Assembly (NCBI GenBank): GCA_965223905.1
Contig: CBDCXV010000001.1
Coordinates: 672,001 to 736,000 of the forward strand
Source: Candidatus Latescibacterota bacterium
Lineage (GTDB): Bacteria > Latescibacterota > UBA2968 > UBA8231
Reading direction: 5' to 3'
Length of the DNA: 64,000 nucleotides
Positions 58,303 to 64,000 of this stretch are shown here, piece after piece. The notes below the pieces were generated by a model that worked only from the letters and a program-made list of their open reading frames with translations, did not search any database and had not been told where the DNA came from. Made by a program: the position numbers and the translations under genes. Positions within the stretch are counted from its first letter, which is position 1. Every line of letters starts with the position of its first letter.

Positions 58303-58995
58303 ATGACCGCTTCCGCCGGAGATGTAGCCCTGCGCGCCCGCGGCATCCGCAAGAACTTCGTTTCCGGCGGCCGCGAGCTGCAGGTGCTGAAGGAGATCGA
58401 TCTCGAGGTTGCGCGCGGAGAGATGCTGGCGATCACGGGAGCCTCCGGCGTCGGCAAGAGCACCTTGCTCCACATCCTCGGGACGCTGGACCCGCCCACC
58501 GCGGGAGAGCTGGAGATCGAGTCCGTCGACGTCCTGCGACTCGGCGACCGGGAGCTGTCCGACTTCCGCAACCGCAACATCGGGTTCGTGTTCCAGTTCC
58601 ATAACCTGCTGCCCGAGTTCACTGCCCTCGAGAACGTGATGCTGCCGGCGATGATCGCCGTAGAGCCGGAACCGGGCGCGCGCGACCGCGCCGTCGACCT
58701 GCTCGGTCAGGTAGGGCTCGAGCAGCGCCTGCACCACCGGCCGGGAGAGCTGTCCGGCGGCGAAAGCCAGCGGGTCGCCGTCGCCCGCGCGCTGATCCGC
58801 ACCCCTTCGATAGTGCTGGCCGACGAGCCGTCGGGGAATCTCGACACCGCCGCCAGCGAAACCCTGCACAAGGTGATGGGAGAGCTGGCTCGCGCCGAGC
58901 GCCAGACCTTCGTGGTCATGACCCACGACCATCGCCTTGCCGGCGCCCTGGATCGCAGCGGCTGCATCGAGGGCGGTGTCCTCCATCTGAACTGA
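58303..58995 (+). CDS. lolD: Lipoprotein-releasing ABC transporter ATPase
   Basis: GASGVGKSTLLHILGTLD, IGFVFQFHNLLPEFTALENV, LSGGESQRVAVARAL, LADEPSGNLD. Confidence 0.92.
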   Translation: MTASAGDVALRARGIRKNFVSGGRELQVLKEIDLEVARGEMLAITGASGVGKSTLLHILGTLDPPTAGELEIESVDVLRLGDRELSDFRNRNIGFVFQFHNLLPEFTALENVMLPAMIAVEPEPGARDRAVDLLGQVGLEQRLHHRPGELSGGESQRVAVARALIRTPSIVLADEPSGNLDTAASETLHKVMGELARAERQTFVVMTHDHRLAGALDRSGCIEGGVLHLN

Positions 58996-59011
58996 TCCCG
59001 GAAGCGCAACC

Positions 59012-59605
59012 GTGAACCCCCCTGTTTGTGAATCCTGCAAGGCGCGCGAGGCGACGATTCTGTTAAGGCATATCCGCGGCAACGAGAAGCGCACTCTCCG
59101 TCTGTGCTCCCCGTGCGTCTCGCAGAGGGCCCGGGAGTCCGAGGGAGAGTCCCCGGAAAAGCCCGCCGCTGCCGGGGTCGCCGGGCCCGAGGCCAAACCG
59201 GACACCCCGCAGAAGAAGCCGGCGGGAAAAACGATCAACGTGGTCGTCGGCCACCTGTCGTTGTCCGAGCCCGCGGAGCAGGTTGAGTGCGGCGAGTGCG
59301 GAATGACCTACAAGGAATTCCGCAAGGTCGGCCGCCTGGGGTGCAGCCGCTGCTACTCGGCCTTTTCCGCCCAGCTCGAGCGGCTGTTCAAGCGCATTCA
59401 CGGCGCCACAAGCCACGAAGGAAAGGGCCCGCAGCCCTCCGCCGGGTCCCGGGATGAGCGGCAAGAGCTGAGAGAGGCGTTGCGGAACGCGGTGGCCGAG
59501 GAGGCGTACGAGAAGGCGGCCGCTATCAGGGACCGGATCGCCCGGCTGGAGGGGTCGGGAGGTACGGGGGCTGCGGGCGGGGATGCCGGCAGGTCGGAAC
59601 AGTGA
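59012..59605 (+). CDS. mcsA: Protein-arginine kinase activator (four CxxC + UVR domain)
   Basis: CESC, CSPC, CGECGMT, GRLGCSRCY, IHG..HEGKGP, EAYEKAAAIRDRI. Confidence 0.9.
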   Translation: MNPPVCESCKAREATILLRHIRGNEKRTLRLCSPCVSQRARESEGESPEKPAAAGVAGPEAKPDTPQKKPAGKTINVVVGHLSLSEPAEQVECGECGMTYKEFRKVGRLGCSRCYSAFSAQLERLFKRIHGATSHEGKGPQPSAGSRDERQELREALRNAVAEEAYEKAAAIRDRIARLEGSGGTGAAGGDAGRSEQ

Positions 59606-60669
59606 ACTTCGACGCCCTCATCCAATCGATGCCGGTCTGGCAGAGCGGCGCCGGCGACGAGGACGGAATCGTCGTCAGCTGCCGGGCCAGGCTGGCCCGC
59701 AATCTCGCCGGTTTTCCTTTCGAGACGAAGATCGCCGATGCGGAGCGCGAAGGGGTGATCGAGAAGGTCCTTGCCGCGGCAAAGAGCTGCTCGCAGATGG
59801 ACGGCTCAACCTTCTACAGCATGAGCGTCCTCGACGGCAACGAGCGCAGAGTGCTGGTGGAACGGCACCTGATCAGCCCCGCCCTCGCCGGTGGCACGGG
59901 ACAGCGGGGGGTGTTGTTCAACACCGAAGAATCCCTCAGCGTCATGATGAACGAGGAAGATCACCTGCGGCTGCAGGCGATCTTCCCAGGGCTCGACGCG
60001 ACCGGTGCCTGGGCCGGCGCAAACGCGCTCGACGACGAGCTCTGCCGCTCGCTCGAGTACGCCCATTCACCGGAGCTCGGCTTCCTGACCGCCTGTCCCA
60101 CCAATACCGGGACGGGGCTTCGCATGTCGGTGCTGGCTCACCTTCCCGGACTGGTGTTGACCGAGGACATGGAAAGGGTGGTCCAGGGACTGAACCAGCT
60201 GTCCTTCGCGGTCCGGGGAGTGTATGGAGAAGGCAGCAATTCCGCCGGCAACCTGTTCCAGCTTTCCAACCAGTCGACGCTGGGCTCCGGTGAGGAGAAG
60301 ATCGTCGAGGAGCTGCTCCGGCTCGGCGGGCAGGTGGTCGAGTTCGAGCGCAACGCGCAGGAAACGCTGCTCGTTGATGCCCGCTCCCGGATCGAGGACA
60401 AGGTGTGGCGGGCATACGGGTTGCTATCCCAGGCACGGGTGCTGACCAGCCAGGAGTTCATGAACCTGCTGTCCGCGGTGCGGCTCGGCTACAGCATCGG
60501 CCTGATCCGGGAGGTGACGCCGAGGTTCCTGAATCAACTGATGGTGATCACCCAGCCCTCGCACCTGCAAGCCGCTGCCGGAAGGGCCCTGGAGCCGGAA
60601 GAAAGGGATGTTCGGCGCGCCGAAATGGTCCGTCAAAAGCTCTCGGAATCGGCAGCGGAACAGCGCTAG
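59602..60669 (+). CDS. mcsB: Protein arginine kinase
   Basis: RARLARNL, LVERHLISP, NEEDHLRLQ, GFLTACPTNTGTGLR, VRGVYGEGS, FQLSNQ. Confidence 0.94.
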   Translation: MNFDALIQSMPVWQSGAGDEDGIVVSCRARLARNLAGFPFETKIADAEREGVIEKVLAAAKSCSQMDGSTFYSMSVLDGNERRVLVERHLISPALAGGTGQRGVLFNTEESLSVMMNEEDHLRLQAIFPGLDATGAWAGANALDDELCRSLEYAHSPELGFLTACPTNTGTGLRMSVLAHLPGLVLTEDMERVVQGLNQLSFAVRGVYGEGSNSAGNLFQLSNQSTLGSGEEKIVEELLRLGGQVVEFERNAQETLLVDARSRIEDKVWRAYGLLSQARVLTSQEFMNLLSAVRLGYSIGLIREVTPRFLNQLMVITQPSHLQAAAGRALEPEERDVRRAEMVRQKLSESAAEQR

Positions 60670-60686
60670 AGGGAGAGCAACCCTTC

Positions 60687-60715
60687 TTGACAGGCAAATG
60701 TGGGATTGCTAGGTT
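60687..60715 (+). promoter_or_regulatory. Candidate internal sigma70 promoter for clpC (TTGACA-N17-TAGGTT)
   Basis: ttgacaggcaaatgtgggattgctaggtt upstream of SD AGGAGG. Confidence 0.5.
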
Positions 60716-60749
60716 CGGAAGACACCAGAAAGAGCGTAGGAGGTTGTAA

Positions 60750-63221
60750 ATGAATAACATGTTCACAGATGGCGTCAAAAGGGTGATGCAGTTTGCCCGA
60801 GAGGAATCGGCGCGGCTGGGACACAACTACATAGGTACCGAGCACCTGCTTCTGGGCATCATCAAGGAAGGCAAGGGCAAGGCGGTAACGGTTCTCACCA
60901 ACCTCGGGTTGAACCTCGATACGGTAAAGCAGTCGGTAGAGGATTACGTCGCCACCTCAGGCGGCACGATGACGATCGGCGAGGTGCCCTTTACCCCCAG
61001 GGCGAAACAGATACTCGAGGTGGCCGCCAACGAGGCGAAGGAGATGAAGACGCAGTTCGTCGACATCGAGCATCTCCTGCTCGCGCTCCTGAAAGACAAG
61101 GAGGGGGTGGCGGCCCAGATACTTGCGGCCTTCGGAGTGGACTTCAAGACCGCCATGGAAGAGACGGTGGCGGTGCTCGAAGGCAAGTCCAGCGGCCAGA
61201 AAGAGAAGGGGAAGAAGAGCAAGACCCCCTTCCTCGACCACTTCGGCCGCGACCTGACGCAGCTCGCCCGGGAGGGCAAGCTCGACCCCGTCATCGGCCG
61301 CGAAAAGGAGATCGAGCGCGTCACCCAGATCCTCAGCCGCCGCAAGAAGAACAACCCCATTCTCATAGGCGACCCCGGGGTCGGCAAGACCGCCATCGTC
61401 GAGGGCCTCGCCCAGCGGATCGTCGAAAAGCGGGTTCCCCAGATTCTGCTCGACAAGCGCCTGGTCACCCTCGACATGGGCGGCGTCGTCGCCGGCACCA
61501 AGTACCGGGGCCAGTTCGAGGAGCGCATCAAGGCGGTGCTCAACGAGCTGCATCAGAATCACGACGTGGTGATCTTCATCGACGAGCTGCACACCATCGT
61601 CGGCGCCGGCAGCGCCGAGGGCACGCTCGATGCCTCCAACATGTTCAAGCCAGCCCTGTCCCGGGGGGAGTTGCAGTGCATCGGGGCCACCACTCTCGAT
61701 GAGTACCGCAAGTACATCGAGAAGGACGGCGCCCTCGAACGCCGTTTTCAGAGCATCATGGTCGAGCCCCCGTCCGTGGAGGACACGGTGGAGATCGTCA
61801 AGGGATTGCGGTCGAACTACGAAGCCCACCATCACGTCAAGTTTTCCGACGACGTCATCGCCTTCGCCGTTCGTCAGGCCGACCGCTACATATCGGACCG
61901 CTACCTGCCGGACAAGGCGATCGATGTCATCGACGAGACAGGATCGCGGGTGCACCTGGCCCGGCTCAGTCCTCCCGAGGAGATCGGCAAGCTCGAAGCG
62001 GAGATCCAGGACATCGAGCGCAGCAAGCTGGAGTGTTCCGAGAAGCAGGAGTTCGAGGAGGCCGCGCGCCTCCGCGACGAGGCCCACCGCCTTCGCGAAT
62101 CGCTGCAGCAGAAACGGCGGGCCTGGGAAGAAGAGGTGAGAAGCGAGGTCGTCGAGGTCAGCGAAGATGATATCGCCGAAGTGATTTCCAGCGTCTCTGG
62201 AGTCCCGATCCAGAGGCTGGCGGCAAGCGAGAGCGAGCGGCTGCTGACCATGGAGGACGAGCTCAGGAAGGTGGTGGTCGGACAGGAGCAGGCGATCGCC
62301 ACGATCTCGAGGGCGATCCGCCGAAGTCGCGCCGGCCTTCAGGATCCCAAGCGCCCCATCGGCTCGTTCATTTACCTGGGGCCCACCGGGGTGGGCAAGA
62401 CCTACCTGGCCGCCAAGCTCGCCGAGTTCCTGTTCGGCAACGAGGAGTCCCTGATCACCGTCGACATGTCCGAGTACATGGAGAAATTCTCGGTGTCGCG
62501 GCTCATCGGCGCGCCTCCCGGCTACGTCGGGTTCGACGAGGGAGGGCAGCTGACCGAACGCGTGCGCCGCCGCCCGTATTCGGTGGTGCTGCTCGACGAG
62601 ATCGAGAAGGCCCATCCCGACGTCTTCAACATCCTCCTGCAGATTCTCGACGAGGGGCGCCTGACCGACAGCACGGGCCGCAAGGTGGATTTTCGCAACA
62701 CCGTGCTGATCATGACATCCAACGTCGGCAGTCGCGAAGTCGGCAGCGGCGGCGTGCTGGGCTTCCAGAAGTCGGATGCCGACAGCTACCAGCAGGTGAT
62801 GGAAAACAAGATTACCGACGCAATGAAGAAGACCTTCAACCCGGAGTTCCTGAATCGCATCGACGACAGCGTCGTTTTCCACGCCCTGCGCAAGGAGGAC
62901 ATCGCCGCCATCGTCGACATCACCCTCGGCGAGTTCAAGGAGCGCCTGCAGCTGCGCAGTATTGCGGTGAGGATTACTCCAGGTGCCAAGAACCTGATCG
63001 CCGAGAAGGGTTTCAATCAGACATTCGGTGCCCGCTACCTCAAGCGCACCGTCCAGAGGCTGCTCGAGGATCCGCTTGCGGAAGAGATCCTCCAGGGCCG
63101 TTTCAGCGAGGGCAGTCGAATCAGGGTCACCAAGAAGGGTGAGGCGCTCGTATTCGACGACGAACGGGAAAACGTCGAGGTCGTCGCACCGGGGAGCAGG
63201 TCCGCTGGCAAAGGGGAGTAG
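60750..63221 (+). CDS. clpC: ATP-dependent Clp protease ATP-binding subunit
   Basis: Clp-N repeats (GTEHLLLG), [11 protein letters not shown] middle domain ([10 protein letters not shown]), [11 protein letters not shown] ClpP-docking loop. Confidence 0.96.
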   Translation: MNNMFTDGVKRVMQFAREESARLGHNYIGTEHLLLGIIKEGKGKAVTVLTNLGLNLDTVKQSVEDYVATSGGTMTIGEVPFTPRAKQILEVAANEAKEMKTQFVDIEHLLLALLKDKEGVAAQILAAFGVDFKTAMEETVAVLEGKSSGQKEKGKKSKTPFLDHFGRDLTQLAREGKLDPVIGREKEIERVTQILSRRKKNNPILIGDPGVGKTAIVEGLAQRIVEKRVPQILLDKRLVTLDMGGVVAGTKYRGQFEERIKAVLNELHQNHDVVIFIDELHTIVGAGSAEGTLDASNMFKPALSRGELQCIGATTLDEYRKYIEKDGALERRFQSIMVEPPSVEDTVEIVKGLRSNYEAHHHVKFSDDVIAFAVRQADRYISDRYLPDKAIDVIDETGSRVHLARLSPPEEIGKLEAEIQDIERSKLECSEKQEFEEAARLRDEAHRLRESLQQKRRAWEEEVRSEVVEVSEDDIAEVISSVSGVPIQRLAASESERLLTMEDELRKVVVGQEQAIATISRAIRRSRAGLQDPKRPIGSFIYLGPTGVGKTYLAAKLAEFLFGNEESLITVDMSEYMEKFSVSRLIGAPPGYVGFDEGGQLTERVRRRPYSVVLLDEIEKAHPDVFNILLQILDEGRLTDSTGRKVDFRNTVLIMTSNVGSREVGSGGVLGFQKSDADSYQQVMENKITDAMKKTFNPEFLNRIDDSVVFHALRKEDIAAIVDITLGEFKERLQLRSIAVRITPGAKNLIAEKGFNQTFGARYLKRTVQRLLEDPLAEEILQGRFSEGSRIRVTKKGEALVFDDERENVEVVAPGSRSAGKGE

Positions 63222-63349
63222 CAGTAAAAGACCGCACTGTTGACGGCCGCGCTGCGGCTTGCGCCATCCGATAAGCCGTTTTGTCCAGAGGCGAACATCC
63301 TGGATAGAACGGCTTTTTGGATTCCGGCGCTCTTTCTTCGGAGGGTTCC

Positions 63350-64000
63350 ATGCATCCCATTCTCACATTATGGCGTTCCGGTCCGGCTGTCGCCGCGTTT
63401 ATCGCCGCGGCCTGGGTCGGCACCGCGAGCGCGCAGGACGCGATCTCGGAGGTCGAGATACGGGGCGAGCTGCGCCGCGTCGCCCCGTCCCTGATTCGCA
63501 CCACACTGGGACTGTCGGAAGGAGTAGAGCTCTCGCAGGAGAACGTCCAGGAGGCGATCCGGGCGCTTCAGAGCCTCAACGTTTTCGAAGACATCCAGGT
63601 TTGGGGCCAGGAAAACCCGGAAGGGGTGAAAGTCATCGTCGTGGTGACCGAGTACCCCGCCCTCGAGGGGATTCGCTTCAAAGGGCACAAGGAGCTGAAA
63701 GAGAAGGAGATGAAGGAGGCCCTCGGCCTCGTCATCGGCCAGGTCATGGCGCCGAGGGACATCGCGCGGGGGCGTCAGAAAATTCTCGATATGTACAAGG
63801 ACAAGGGGTATCTCCGGGCCGAGGTGAAGGGCCAGGTGTTCGACGCCGACGAGGAAGGGAAGGTCTACCTTCAGTACGACATCGACGAAGGGGACAAGGT
63901 GAGGATCAAGACCGTCACCTTCACCGGCAACGAAGCGCTCGGCGACGGCAAGCTGAAGAAGCAGATGGAGACCAAGGAAAACCGCTGGTGGCGCAAGGGG
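63350..64000 (+). CDS. bamA: Outer membrane protein assembly factor BamA (N-terminal POTRA domains; truncated by window end)
   Basis: Manual translation: signal peptide ..GTASAQ, ISEVEIRG, AIRALQSLNVFEDI, IRFKGHK, YKDKGYLRAEV, IDEGDKVRIKTVTFTGN. Confidence 0.88.
   Translation, partial: MHPILTLWRSGPAVAAFIAAAWVGTASAQDAISEVEIRGELRRVAPSLIRTTLGLSEGVELSQENVQEAIRALQSLNVFEDIQVWGQENPEGVKVIVVVTEYPALEGIRFKGHKELKEKEMKEALGLVIGQVMAPRDIARGRQKILDMYKDKGYLRAEVKGQVFDADEEGKVYLQYDIDEGDKVRIKTVTFTGNEALGDGKLKKQMETKENRWWRKG

Overview
GC-rich diderm bacterial chromosome segment. Gene content suggests an FCB-group lineage such as Latescibacterota or Gemmatimonadota, and YWTD/TPR-rich proteins hint at a host-associated (e.g. 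sponge) lifestyle; both are inferences. Left to right: a phosphonate catabolic cluster (phnY, phnA, and a Zn alcohol dehydrogenase interrupted by an in-frame TAA), a tandem SDR pair, guaB, a heterodimeric ABC exporter, rdgB, a TPR protein and a PQQ-propeller/transglutaminase/TPR fusion. A lower-GC accessory island (~16.4-25.4 kb) follows, with a broken methyltransferase, a TMTC-like GT-C/TPR protein, a dockerin + 3x YWTD propeller protein, a methyltransferase and a GT4. Then come surface-glycan genes interleaved with hisG/hisD/hisB, two large secreted cohesin/dockerin/FlgD(T9SS-like CTD) proteins behind tandem sigma70 promoters, and moaD/moaE, a phosphatase, cdaR-like, tsaD, ftsK, lolA, an S8 protease, prfB (+1 frameshift), lolC/E-lolD, mcsA-mcsB-clpC and bamA. 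The best candidate for an undescribed system is a non-cellulosomal cohesin-dockerin surface assembly that may display eukaryote-like LRP-type YWTD propellers. No rRNA, tRNA, CRISPR array or transposase was recognised. All calls come from reading motifs by eye; no database searches were run.
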